Origin: Candidatus Nitrospira inopinata | Lineage (GTDB): Bacteria > Nitrospirota > Nitrospiria > Nitrospirales > Nitrospiraceae | NCBI RefSeq assembly: GCF_001458695.1 | Contig: NZ_LN885086.1 | Coordinates: 1,170,001 to 1,202,000 of the forward strand | Direction: 5' to 3' | Length of the DNA stretch: 32,000 nucleotides | In this document: positions 16,473 through 25,349 of the stretch, piece after piece | Layout: each line of letters begins with the position of its first letter | How positions within the stretch are numbered: the stretch's first letter is position 1 | Notes under the pieces: generated by a model | The model's database searches: none | What the model was told of the DNA's origin: nothing | The model's input: only the letters and a program-made list of their open reading frames with translations | Position numbers and translations under genes: made by a program

Positions 16473-16602
16473 TCGTGATCGCTCAGGGGGCGCGAATGCC
16501 CCATCGGCGCACCGTTTGACCGTTTGCATGGAAGCGCACGGTGGAAAACCGTACGAGTCTTGTGATTAGATGTCAACCTCCCGGGCGAACCATCGACAAA
16601 CA

Positions 16603-17286
16603 ATGCGAGCCGTCTGTCTCCAACACGTTCCTTTCGAAGGGCCCGGCGCCTTTGCGTCGTCGCTCGCGAAGCGGGGCGTCACGCTGGAGCAGCGTCTTGT
16701 TCCACGGGACGGGCTCCCTCGCGATGCGGGCGATCTGCTGATCGTCATGGGCGGGCCCATGTCGGTCAATGACGCCGACCCATGGATTGCCGAGGAAACT
16801 CAATTCATCCGATCCGCGCTGTTGTCCGGCAAACCGATGGTCGGCGTGTGCCTCGGCAGCCAATTCATGGCCAAGGCGTTGGGCGCCGCGGTTCGATCGG
16901 GCAAGGCGCTGGAAATCGGGATGACGAGGGTTCGGCTGACCGCCCAAGCCGGACAGGATCCGGTGTTCAGCACGTTCCCAGACCCGTTCGAGGTGTTTGA
17001 ATGGCACGGCGAGGTGTTTGACCTGCCCGACGGCTGTGTGCCGTTGGCGGGATCGGCCGTCGCGCCGCTCCAAGCGTTTCGCTATGGATCACATGCCTAC
17101 GGGTTGTTGTTTCACCTGGAAATGGAGGGAGCCGGGATCGACAGTTTGAGCCGGGAATGTTCCGGCGATCTCCTCAAGGCTCGTTTGTCGGTGGACCAGG
17201 TGAAATCGACCGCGCTCCCGCGCCTTGCCGAACTCCACGCCATGGCCGACCGATTGATCGGCCACCTCCTGACGTCGCGACGTTGA
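16603..17286 (+). CDS. Class I (type 1) glutamine amidotransferase domain protein
   Basis: MRAVCLQHVPFEGPG..., nucleophile elbow GVCLGSQ, LLFHLE (His/Glu of the triad). ATG 16603 is preferred over the listed ATG 16570. Confidence 0.8.
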   Translation: MRAVCLQHVPFEGPGAFASSLAKRGVTLEQRLVPRDGLPRDAGDLLIVMGGPMSVNDADPWIAEETQFIRSALLSGKPMVGVCLGSQFMAKALGAAVRSGKALEIGMTRVRLTAQAGQDPVFSTFPDPFEVFEWHGEVFDLPDGCVPLAGSAVAPLQAFRYGSHAYGLLFHLEMEGAGIDSLSRECSGDLLKARLSVDQVKSTALPRLAELHAMADRLIGHLLTSRR

Positions 17287-17362
17287 TTCTCGTCGTGAGA
17301 GTGAAGTAGCCTACCGCGGCGACCCGAGGTCACGGTTTCTTAGAAAAAGGAGAAGACACGCG

Positions 17363-18538
17363 ATGGGAAGTTTTCCGATAGAACCGGCGACGCGCATCAA
17401 GACGTTGCCGCCCTACTTATTCGCCGCGATCGACAAGATGAAGCAGGAGGCGATCGCCAGGGGTGTGGACATCATCAATCTCGGCATCGGGGATCCGGAT
17501 TTGCCGACGCCGGCCCCCATCATCGACGCTCTGGCCCAGGCTGCCAAGAACCCCAAGCACCATCAATACCCGTCCTACGAAGGCCTGTTGGCCTTCCGCG
17601 CCGCCGTCGCCGATTGGTACAAGCGACGGTTCCACGTCACGCTGAATCCCGCCGACGAGGTCCTCACTTTGATCGGCTCGAAGGAAGGGATCGGTCACGT
17701 GCCGCTCGCCTTTGTCGATCCGGGCGACGTCGTCTTGGTGCCGAGTCCCGGCTATCCGGTTTATCCGGTCGGCACGAGTTTCGCGGGCGGGGTGGCGCAC
17801 ATCATGCCGCTCACGAAAGCCAACGGATTTTTGCCGAATCTGGACGCGATTCCCAAGGACGTCGCCGCAAAGGCCAAGCTCATGTGGCTCAATTCACCGA
17901 ATAATCCCACGTCGGTGGTGATGACGAAGGAGTATTTCAAGCGGGTGGTTGAGTTCGCGCGGGAGCATCAAGTGATCGTCTGCCACGACGCCGCCTATTC
18001 CGAGATTTATTATGACGGCAAACGGCCGTCCAGTTTTCTCGAAGTCGAGGGCGCCAAGGACGTCGGCGTCGAGTTCCATTCGCTGTCCAAGACGTACAAC
18101 ATGACCGGTTGGCGCATCGGTTTTGCCGTGGGGCACAAAGAGATCTTGGCCGGGTTAGGGAAAGTCAAAAGCAATTTGGATTCCGGCGTGTTCGAAGCCG
18201 TGCAGGCTGCGGGCGTGACGGCTCTCGGTCTGGATGAGTCCGTGACGGACGGCATTCGCAAGATCTATCAGGAACGGCGCGACACGCTCGTGCCCGGGCT
18301 AAAAATGCTGGGGCTGGAGGTGGACCCGCCCGCCGCCGCGTTTTATGTCTGGGTGGCGGTGCCGAAGGGCTACACGTCGACGTCCTTCACCGCTCACTTG
18401 CTTGAAAAGGCGGGGATCGTGACCACGCCGGGCAACGGCTTCGGCGCACCCGGCGAAGGGTACATCCGAATGACCCTCTGCACGTCCAAAGAGCGATTGG
18501 CGGAGGCGGTCGAGCGAATCAAGCGCGCGGGATTCTGA
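17363..18538 (+). CDS. dapL: PLP-dependent class I/II aminotransferase, probable LL-diaminopimelate aminotransferase
   Basis: LPPYLFAAIDKMKQEAIARGVDIINLGIGDPDLPTP at the N-terminus. SLSKTYNMTGWRIGF is the PLP-lysine motif. About 390 aa. dapA, dapB and lysA are in the same window, and no dapD/dapE-type genes are seen here. Confidence 0.65.
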   Translation: MGSFPIEPATRIKTLPPYLFAAIDKMKQEAIARGVDIINLGIGDPDLPTPAPIIDALAQAAKNPKHHQYPSYEGLLAFRAAVADWYKRRFHVTLNPADEVLTLIGSKEGIGHVPLAFVDPGDVVLVPSPGYPVYPVGTSFAGGVAHIMPLTKANGFLPNLDAIPKDVAAKAKLMWLNSPNNPTSVVMTKEYFKRVVEFAREHQVIVCHDAAYSEIYYDGKRPSSFLEVEGAKDVGVEFHSLSKTYNMTGWRIGFAVGHKEILAGLGKVKSNLDSGVFEAVQAAGVTALGLDESVTDGIRKIYQERRDTLVPGLKMLGLEVDPPAAAFYVWVAVPKGYTSTSFTAHLLEKAGIVTTPGNGFGAPGEGYIRMTLCTSKERLAEAVERIKRAGF

Positions 18539-18611
18539 GGGGAGCGTCATCCACCGATCGTCAGTCTGACGAGTCGGTCGAGAAGGCGCATGGCGGTTGA
18601 GGGCTGGCCAG

Positions 18612-19169
18612 ATGCCTGAAACGGTCTTTATCGGATTCGGGTCGAACGTCGGCGATCGGGCGGACTACTGTCATCGGGCGGTGACCCTGCTCGGCCTGCT
18701 TCCCCATTCGCAGGTCACGGGCGTATCGTCGCTCTATGAAACGGAGCCGATCAACGACGGAACGGACCCGGGGGAAAGATGGTTTCTCAACGGCGTGGTC
18801 GCGTTGGATACCGAGATTCCCCCTCGCAGCCTTCTCTCGTTCCTTCGTGAGATCGAACGGGCGCTGGGGCGTGACTTGGACAACAGGGCGGGACCCAGGA
18901 CCATTGACTTGGATCTTCTCTTCTATGGGACTCGCGTCATCGACGAGCCGGACCTGATCGTGCCGCATCCGCGCCTGCATCAGCGCCGCTTTGTGTTGGT
19001 CCCGCTGAGCGAGGTGGCTCCTCATTGGGTTCATCCGGTCACGGGATTGTCCGTGGCGCAGATGGTGGACCGGTTGACCGACCATTCCGTTGTGCGGACG
19101 TTCGCCCCTCCTCCTCTTCCCCTTCGCCTTGACCCGCAGACGGGCTGTCCGTCCGGATTGAGCGCATGA
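18612..19169 (+). CDS. folK: 2-amino-4-hydroxy-6-hydroxymethyldihydropteridine diphosphokinase (HPPK)
   Basis: VFIGFGSNVGDR, SSLYETEPI, RTIDLDLLFYG, LIVPHPRLHQRRFVLVPL. ATG 18612 is preferred over the listed TTG 18597. Confidence 0.9.
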   Translation: MPETVFIGFGSNVGDRADYCHRAVTLLGLLPHSQVTGVSSLYETEPINDGTDPGERWFLNGVVALDTEIPPRSLLSFLREIERALGRDLDNRAGPRTIDLDLLFYGTRVIDEPDLIVPHPRLHQRRFVLVPLSEVAPHWVHPVTGLSVAQMVDRLTDHSVVRTFAPPPLPLRLDPQTGCPSGLSA

Positions 19170-20020
19170 GAATCATCCGCAGTCCCGAGGCCATGGCCGC
19201 ATGGAGCGAGAACCTTCGCCGCGAGGGCGTCACGATCGGCTTTGTTCCCACGATGGGAGCCTTGCACGACGGCCACCGGTCGCTGATCCGGGACGGCCGC
19301 CTTCGCTCGGACGCGCTGGTCGTGAGCGTCTTCGTGAACCCGACTCAATTCGGTCCGGGAGAGGATTTGACACGGTACCCCCGCTCACCCGCGAGGGATC
19401 GCGCGGTCTGTCGAAAGGAAAGAGTCGACGTGTATTTCGAGCCGACCGAGGCGGTGATGTATCCCAAGGGATACCAGACCGTGGTGACGGTGCCGGAAAT
19501 CGCCCGACGTTGGGAGGGAGAACGGCGCCCCCATCACTTCACCGGCGTCGCCACGGTGGTCGCGAAACTGTTCGGCATCGTGCGCCCCCATCTCGCGTTG
19601 TTCGGGCAAAAAGACTATCAACAGGCGGTTCTGGTGAGACGGTTGGTCCAGGATCTCAATCTGGGAGTGCGCATCCTCGTCCGTCCGACCGTCCGGGAAC
19701 CCGACGGTCTGGCGATGAGCTCGCGGAACGTCTATTTGTCGTCGGAGGAGCGGACCATTGCCGCGATGCTGTACAAAAGCTTGAAGGCCGGAGGCAAGGC
19801 GATTCGAAAGGGGATCACCGAGGCATCGATCGTTGAGCGAGCCATGGCAGCGGTGATTGAACGAGAGCCACGGCTCGCAATTGAGTATCTTGCCGTCTGT
19901 GATCCCCTGACCTTGGAGCCTCTCGTTCGCGTCACGTCGAAAGCTGTTCTGCTGGGCGCCGTCCGGATCGGTCCCGTGCGCCTCATCGACAATCTGATCG
20001 TGTCAGCGCCCCGGGAATGA
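19166..20020 (+). CDS. panC: Pantoate--beta-alanine ligase
   Basis: GFVPTMGALHDGHRSLI, VVSVFVNPTQFGPGEDL, LFGQKDYQQ, GLAMSSRN. ATGA overlap with the folK stop (19166-19169). Confidence 0.95.
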   Translation: MRIIRSPEAMAAWSENLRREGVTIGFVPTMGALHDGHRSLIRDGRLRSDALVVSVFVNPTQFGPGEDLTRYPRSPARDRAVCRKERVDVYFEPTEAVMYPKGYQTVVTVPEIARRWEGERRPHHFTGVATVVAKLFGIVRPHLALFGQKDYQQAVLVRRLVQDLNLGVRILVRPTVREPDGLAMSSRNVYLSSEERTIAAMLYKSLKAGGKAIRKGITEASIVERAMAAVIEREPRLAIEYLAVCDPLTLEPLVRVTSKAVLLGAVRIGPVRLIDNLIVSAPRE

Positions 20021-20058
20021 ATCCGTGAGGCGTGGATGGAGAGAGCCAGCCGTACGGA

Positions 20059-20637
20059 TTAGTACATCAGCTTGGAAGGTCGGATGCACTGCCCGACCAG
20101 CAAATTAAGGATGACCTGGCCCAAGCGACGTCTGTGGGCCGGTTGAAGGCCGATAAAACGAAAGCCCATCGATTCCGGTCTCGCCGAACGAACCACGGCC
20201 GTCTCGACCACGATCGGTTCTTCTTCCGACGCCGGTTTGATGACGAGTTCGAGCAGGCTGCCGAGCGGCAACGTCGCGGAGGTCTCGAACGTACAGCCGT
20301 CCATCGAGATTTCCGTCGTGCGACCTTCCATGCGGGCGCCATTGTCGGCAAGAAGGGAGGCTTGAAAGGATGCGGCCAGCCGAACGTATTCTCGGCGATC
20401 GACCGTTTGTTCGTGGGCGGGAGAGGACGACCAATGGGCCCGGAAACGTGTGGCGCACAGTTGACAGCGGAACGGGAAGACATGGAAACGATAGAGGAAC
20501 TTCTCAATGGTCCCCGTGCGGTAGGCCGGGCGGATGAACGAGGACCCGCAGCCGGGACAGTGCAGATCGGTTATGAACTCGTCTCTGGCCCCCGCAGGAT
20601 GCGGCAGAGAGAGGAGAGATCCTCCGCTGTCAGACAT
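20059..20637 (-). CDS. PilZ domain protein with N-terminal CxxC...CxxC zinc-ribbon
   Basis: ATG 20635-20637 with GGAGG 10 nt upstream on the minus strand. CPGC...CQLC forms the ribbon. PilZ-like RxxxR (RREYVR) and [D/E]xSxxG (EISMDGC) motifs, followed by a beta-barrel-like C-terminal part (VVRSARPESMGFRFIGL). Confidence 0.7.
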   Translation of the reverse strand: MSDSGGSLLSLPHPAGARDEFITDLHCPGCGSSFIRPAYRTGTIEKFLYRFHVFPFRCQLCATRFRAHWSSSPAHEQTVDRREYVRLAASFQASLLADNGARMEGRTTEISMDGCTFETSATLPLGSLLELVIKPASEEEPIVVETAVVRSARPESMGFRFIGLQPAHRRRLGQVILNLLVGQCIRPSKLMY

Positions 20638-21008
20638 GTTCGTTGTGCCTCCAAAATCGGTTCGACGCGAGCCGGCGAATAGGTCGCGGGTTTGACCCAC
20701 TTCCCGTCCGGCCGTTTGTGGCCTCCTACCTTGCTGAGATTGGACCGATGGACTTCGCGAAACACCGGCTCCATGTCGATGCCGTACGACACGGCGGTGC
20801 CGTACACGACGTACAGTAAGTCGGCCAATTCCTTGGCCACCGACGGCAAATCGCCGGAGGCCATGGACTGTTTGAGTTCGTCGAATTCTTCCTGAATGAG
20901 GCGGATCCGAAGCCGTTGGGTTTCTTCGCCGGGATCGGCGGGAATCGTTTGGATCAGAATGTCAAATTTGCGATGAAATTCTTCGACCAGGAATTGTTCG
21001 TCCGTCAT
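20571..21008 (-). CDS. MazG-like / PRA-PH-like nucleotide pyrophosphohydrolase family protein
   Basis: All-alpha pattern RLRIRLIQEEFDELKQS...VAKELADLLYVVYGTAVSYGID...VHRSNLSK...DGKWVKPATYSPA is typical of small MazG/HisE-like NTP pyrophosphohydrolases. Start is ATG 21008 (aaagga upstream) or ATG 21026. The 3' end overlaps the PilZ gene by 67 nt. Confidence 0.6.
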   Translation of the reverse strand: MTDEQFLVEEFHRKFDILIQTIPADPGEETQRLRIRLIQEEFDELKQSMASGDLPSVAKELADLLYVVYGTAVSYGIDMEPVFREVHRSNLSKVGGHKRPDGKWVKPATYSPARVEPILEAQRTCLTAEDLSSLCRILRGPETSS

Positions 21009-21330
21009 ACCGATCCTTTGTGCCATGAAAAAAGCGGGGCGCGCGGCTCGTTGTCTTGTTCGATCTCGCAATGCTCTTCATCCGGTCGAATAAAACGTGA
21101 CAGGGGTGCTCTGGCCTCTGAAGAAAGAGACCCTGCACGTGCGGCCGAAAGACCGGGCGTCGAGATAGCGAGGCCGTTTGCACGGAAGAAAAACGTGTCA
21201 CCGTTGGAACATCGTGAGGGAACCGTGCGCCACGCGGAATAGGTTGGAGGTTGTGCCATGCCCGCACAGATTACGGAAAGTCGATCGAGAAGATCAAGAA
21301 GCCGAACATCTCCGGGCGATCGGCCCTAGG

Positions 21331-23988
21331 TCAGGCCGTAGAAGGGCCGTGTTGCGGCTGTGTCAAACGGACCGTTCCGGCTCCCGCGTCCAATCGGACG
21401 ATTTGTCCGTCTTTGAGCCGTGAACGCGCGCCCCTGACGTTGGCGACGGTCGGAATTCCATATTCCCGGGCGATGATGGCTCCGTGAGACAAGGTGCCTC
21501 CCATCTCCGCGATGACTCCTCCGGCGATTCCGAAGAGGGGGGCCAGGCCGGGATCGATGACCGGGATGACGAGAATCTCTCCGGCTTGGACGGAGGCCCA
21601 GTCGTTCGGTGAACGGAGCACGCGGACCGGTCCGGTCGCGATGCCGGCGCTGATCGGCACGCCGGACAGGAGATCGGATCGATCGTGATCGTCTGATGCC
21701 GCAAGGCGCGCGCGTGCCGTTTCCCAATCGCGAATCGTGTCGGGCGGGTGGACATGGGCGTTGCGCGCTCGCTCAAGGCGGCGTGTTCGGATCACCGATC
21801 GCCAGTCGCGCTCTTTCCCATCGGCGAGTTCGGTCGTCTCTTGGAGTGTCACGAAAAACACGTCATCCCGATCGTCAAGGATTCCCCGTGAGACAAGCAG
21901 ATCGCCGGCGTGCAGCAGAAGCCGGCGGATGGCCGAGGAAAAATACATCAGATGATGGCGGTTCGCTTCACGGAGCGCGAAAAAGCGACAGAGGCGCCGG
22001 CGCCACCACAGGTACATCCACCATCGATGCAGTTTCCATCCCGTGCGCCGTTTGATTTCGTGGAGCGCCTCGGCCCGCGCGCGGGCTTGACGGGACAGGA
22101 TGTCGTCCGGCTCCGACGGTGCCGCGCCGAGTTGCGTCCGCAACAGGGCGAGGATCGCCTCCGGATTGTCGGCGAGACGCGGCGACATGATGTCGGATTC
22201 CCCCACGCCGCGGTGGCCGTAGTCTTCCAGATAGGATTCGAACGAACGGAGAAAGGCCGTGCCCGTGAGAGCCTCGCGGAAACCGGATGCGTTCCATGGA
22301 TCGGCCGCGAAGAAGGCGGTTGCCGCCGACTCCTGCCGAGCGATGTGGACGAGTTCGGCAAGGCGGACAATCTGCTGCGCGCTGATCACGGTGCCCTGCC
22401 CCTGGAGCGCGGCATTGGACAGGGCTCTCCAGTCTTGTCCCAGCCAGCGGGGTAACAGGTGATTCATCACCTGAAGACACTGAGCGACTCCGCCGGCGAT
22501 CCCGAAGGTCAGTTCGTGCGTCCGAATCCAGGCGCTCAACTCCTCCAAGCGAGCGAGGCTCTCGTGAAGAGAAAGCCGGCTGATTTGTTGTGGACCGCAT
22601 TGTTCCGCCATCTTCTTCATCTCGGCGAACCACGTCGGTCCATGAACGGCCGCGCGCCGCATTTCCATCACCATGAGGAGGCCGGCCCGCAGGAACGCCG
22701 GCCAGCCCAGCGGTTCTACAGGAGGGGGAGCCGCGATCGGCTCCCCGCCCATGTGTTCGGACAGAAGCGACGGGTCGCTTCGCAACTGCGCCTGAAGCAT
22801 ATGGAACAAGGTGACGTTGAGATAGGGACGCCCGTACAACACGCGAGTGGAAGACAGCCCGGCCGGAATCCGGCAACCCAGCTTGCGGTAGGGAGCGACG
22901 ATGTGTTCCTCCATGAACCGCTCCATGAGAGAAAGTCCGAGCGGACTGGGGAGGTCCGGCATCGTTTCTTTAAGGTTCGCGCGCGACCACTCGCAGTCGT
23001 CGTTGGTGAATTCCGCTGAAGGACGGATCCCGGTGATGGGTCGGGCTTGCAGGGCCCAGAGTTTGCCGGAATCGATCGCCCATTCCAGATCGACGGGGAA
23101 GCCGAACGTCCTTTCAACTTCTTTGGCCGTGCGCGCCAGTTCGAGCAGTTGTTCGTCGGAGAGCGACGGTCGTTCCCGATCCGATTCCGGAATCGGTTCA
23201 TGACGCAGCCCCTCCTCGGCGACCATCAGCCTGCTTGATTTGCGGGCGATGGTCCGACGTCGAATCCAAACCGGTTGTCGATCGGCGCCGATTTGCACGA
23301 CGTAGTGGTCGGGCGTCGCCTGTCCATCGACGAGCGGCGCCGCCAAGCCGGGAACGGCGTTGATGAGGATCTGGAACGACCGGCCCGTGATCGGATGGAC
23401 GGAGTAGGCGACGCCGGCGGCAACGGGATCGAGCATCGGTTGAATGACGACCGCCATCGAGGGAGCCGACCGAGAAGGACCCCGTTCGATGGTGTACTGC
23501 AGGATCCGTTCGTGCCAGAGCGATGCCCAGAGATCCTTTATCGCGGTGTCGAGGAGGTCCGTGGGGACGCCGAGGTGGGTGCGGTAGAGTCCGGCGAAAC
23601 TGCAGTGGCCGGCGTCCTCGTTGGTCGCGGATGATCGAACGGCCCATCGTCTGCCGGGCGACGTTTCGGATGACGACGAAAGGGTTTGAAGAGCCGTGAT
23701 GCATTGAGCCGCCAGGTCGGAGATGTCCAGTGCGCGGATGCGCGATTGTCGGTCCAGGAGCAAGGCATTCCGCTCCGCTTCCGGCAGCGCTATGGCCAGT
23801 TTCCAGTCCTGCTCTGCATCCAGCCCAGACCGTTTGAGCGATCGGTCATAGGCTTCGGTCGTCAGGCAAATGCCGGAAGGAACGGAAAAGCCGCACGACA
23901 GGAGTCGAGCAAGGCCCGCGGCCTTTCCACCCGCAAGCGCCGGATCGATGCAGTGAGATAAAGGGAGAACGAGAGGCTGGGTCATCAA
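21331..23988 (-). CDS. PEP-utilising enzyme family protein with rifampicin-phosphotransferase-like domain order (ATP-grasp PPDK_N, long central domain, C-terminal phosphohistidine swivel domain)
   Basis: N-terminus: GGKAAGLARL, AVRSSATNEDAGHCSFAGLY, MAVVIQPM, DLEWAIDSGKLWALQARPITG. C-terminus: GVPISAGIATGPVRVL...GEILVIPVIDPGLAPLFGIAGGVIAEMGGTLSHGAIIAREYGIPTV. No PEP/pyruvate-binding TIM-barrel segment follows the His domain. Confidence 0.85.
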   Translation of the reverse strand: MMTQPLVLPLSHCIDPALAGGKAAGLARLLSCGFSVPSGICLTTEAYDRSLKRSGLDAEQDWKLAIALPEAERNALLLDRQSRIRALDISDLAAQCITALQTLSSSSETSPGRRWAVRSSATNEDAGHCSFAGLYRTHLGVPTDLLDTAIKDLWASLWHERILQYTIERGPSRSAPSMAVVIQPMLDPVAAGVAYSVHPITGRSFQILINAVPGLAAPLVDGQATPDHYVVQIGADRQPVWIRRRTIARKSSRLMVAEEGLRHEPIPESDRERPSLSDEQLLELARTAKEVERTFGFPVDLEWAIDSGKLWALQARPITGIRPSAEFTNDDCEWSRANLKETMPDLPSPLGLSLMERFMEEHIVAPYRKLGCRIPAGLSSTRVLYGRPYLNVTLFHMLQAQLRSDPSLLSEHMGGEPIAAPPPVEPLGWPAFLRAGLLMVMEMRRAAVHGPTWFAEMKKMAEQCGPQQISRLSLHESLARLEELSAWIRTHELTFGIAGGVAQCLQVMNHLLPRWLGQDWRALSNAALQGQGTVISAQQIVRLAELVHIARQESAATAFFAADPWNASGFREALTGTAFLRSFESYLEDYGHRGVGESDIMSPRLADNPEAILALLRTQLGAAPSEPDDILSRQARARAEALHEIKRRTGWKLHRWWMYLWWRRRLCRFFALREANRHHLMYFSSAIRRLLLHAGDLLVSRGILDDRDDVFFVTLQETTELADGKERDWRSVIRTRRLERARNAHVHPPDTIRDWETARARLAASDDHDRSDLLSGVPISAGIATGPVRVLRSPNDWASVQAGEILVIPVIDPGLAPLFGIAGGVIAEMGGTLSHGAIIAREYGIPTVANVRGARSRLKDGQIVRLDAGAGTVRLTQPQHGPSTA

Positions 23989-24000
23989 GCGGGATGGTAC

Positions 24001-25344
24001 CTAGAGCAGCAGCAACAGGTAAAGGTCGTTGACGTTGGTGCCCGTCGGCCCCGTGTAGATATGGCACCCCAGGGCGCGCAGGGCGGGGTAGGTGTCGTGA
24101 CGGTTCAAGGCCGAGAGCAAATCCACTCCGAGCGATCGGGCCCGCGCAACGGTGTTTCCCGTGACCACTGCGCCGGCGGCGTCGGTTGGCCCGTCGGTGC
24201 CATCGGATCCCACCGCCGCCAGCCAGGCTCGGGGGATTCCGTGGAGATGAAAGGCGGCGGCGGTCGCGAATTCCTGGGCTCGTCCTCCCTTTCCCCGTCT
24301 CGTCACCGTGACGGTTGGTTCGCCGCCCGCGATCAAGCAGACGGGCCGCCGCAAGCCGTCATGCCTGTTGAGGAGCCGTTTGGCCATATTCACGAATCGC
24401 GCTGCTTCCGCTACGGCTTCCCCTGTGATGGGTGACGAGAGGAGCCTGACGTGAAGTCCCGCTTGCCGAGCCGTTGTGGCGACGGCCTCGATCATGTTCC
24501 GGTTGTTGCCGATGATGAGGTGGCGCACGCGCCGCAGCCGGCCTGCGTCTGGCTTAAGCGTCTCCGGAACCTTGCCTTTCAACCCTTGGAGGAGATGCCG
24601 GCGTACGGCAGGGGGCACGGCCCGCCAAATCCTGTATCGTTTGAGGACGGCAATGGCGTCGGCAAATGTGGTCTCGTCCGGCGCCGTCGGTCCAGAGCCG
24701 ATCGTGCCAAGGTCATCACCGATGACGTCCGAGAGAACGAGGGTGACGACGGTGGCTTTCGTGCTTTGCGCGAGACCGCCGCCCTTCAACCGGGAGAGGT
24801 GTTTGCGAACCGCGTTGACCTCGTCGATCGAGGCGCCGCTCCTGAGCAGGAGATCCGTCGTCCGTTGTTTGTCGGCTAGAGTGAGGCCCGGCACGGGGGC
24901 GGGCAAGAGACTTGATGCGCCGCCGGAGAGCAACACAATGAGCAGGTCATGGGACGTGAGGCCGCCGACCAAGACCTTGATCCGCTCCGCGGCTCGAAGC
25001 CCCGCGCGATCCGGGATCGGGTGAGCCGCTTCGACGACGGTGATGCGCCCAAGAGGAGCACCGTGCCCGGTTTTGACCACGACGAGTCCTCCCTCGATCC
25101 GTGATCCCAAAAGGGACTCCAGCGACTGGGCCATCCGCGCCGAGGCCTTCCCGGCGCCCACGACGACGAGGCGGTCATAACGGGACAGGTCATAGACGCG
25201 CCGCCCTATTCGCAACAATCGACCTTGACGGGACACGTTGTGAAACAGTCCGTGGCTGGGATCGGCGGCGCGCAGCCCCGCCATGATCAACTTTCGAAGC
25301 AACGGTTTGGCGGAAGAGGGAGGGAGGCGCAGCGCGGAGGGCAT
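24001..25344 (-). CDS. Glycerate 2-kinase / MOFRL-family protein (TtuD-like)
   Basis: This is the in-frame ATG (MPSALRL...) inside listed ORF 24001..25938, which overruns into the upstream gene. Motifs: VVGAGKASARMA, AAHPIPD, LLSGGASSLL, RKHLSRLKGGGLA, LSDVIGDDLGTIGSGPT, IAGGEPTVTV, GKGGRAQE, GSDGTDGPTDAAGA. Confidence 0.85.
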   Translation of the reverse strand: MPSALRLPPSSAKPLLRKLIMAGLRAADPSHGLFHNVSRQGRLLRIGRRVYDLSRYDRLVVVGAGKASARMAQSLESLLGSRIEGGLVVVKTGHGAPLGRITVVEAAHPIPDRAGLRAAERIKVLVGGLTSHDLLIVLLSGGASSLLPAPVPGLTLADKQRTTDLLLRSGASIDEVNAVRKHLSRLKGGGLAQSTKATVVTLVLSDVIGDDLGTIGSGPTAPDETTFADAIAVLKRYRIWRAVPPAVRRHLLQGLKGKVPETLKPDAGRLRRVRHLIIGNNRNMIEAVATTARQAGLHVRLLSSPITGEAVAEAARFVNMAKRLLNRHDGLRRPVCLIAGGEPTVTVTRRGKGGRAQEFATAAAFHLHGIPRAWLAAVGSDGTDGPTDAAGAVVTGNTVARARSLGVDLLSALNRHDTYPALRALGCHIYTGPTGTNVNDLYLLLLL

Positions 25345-25349
25345 GGAGA

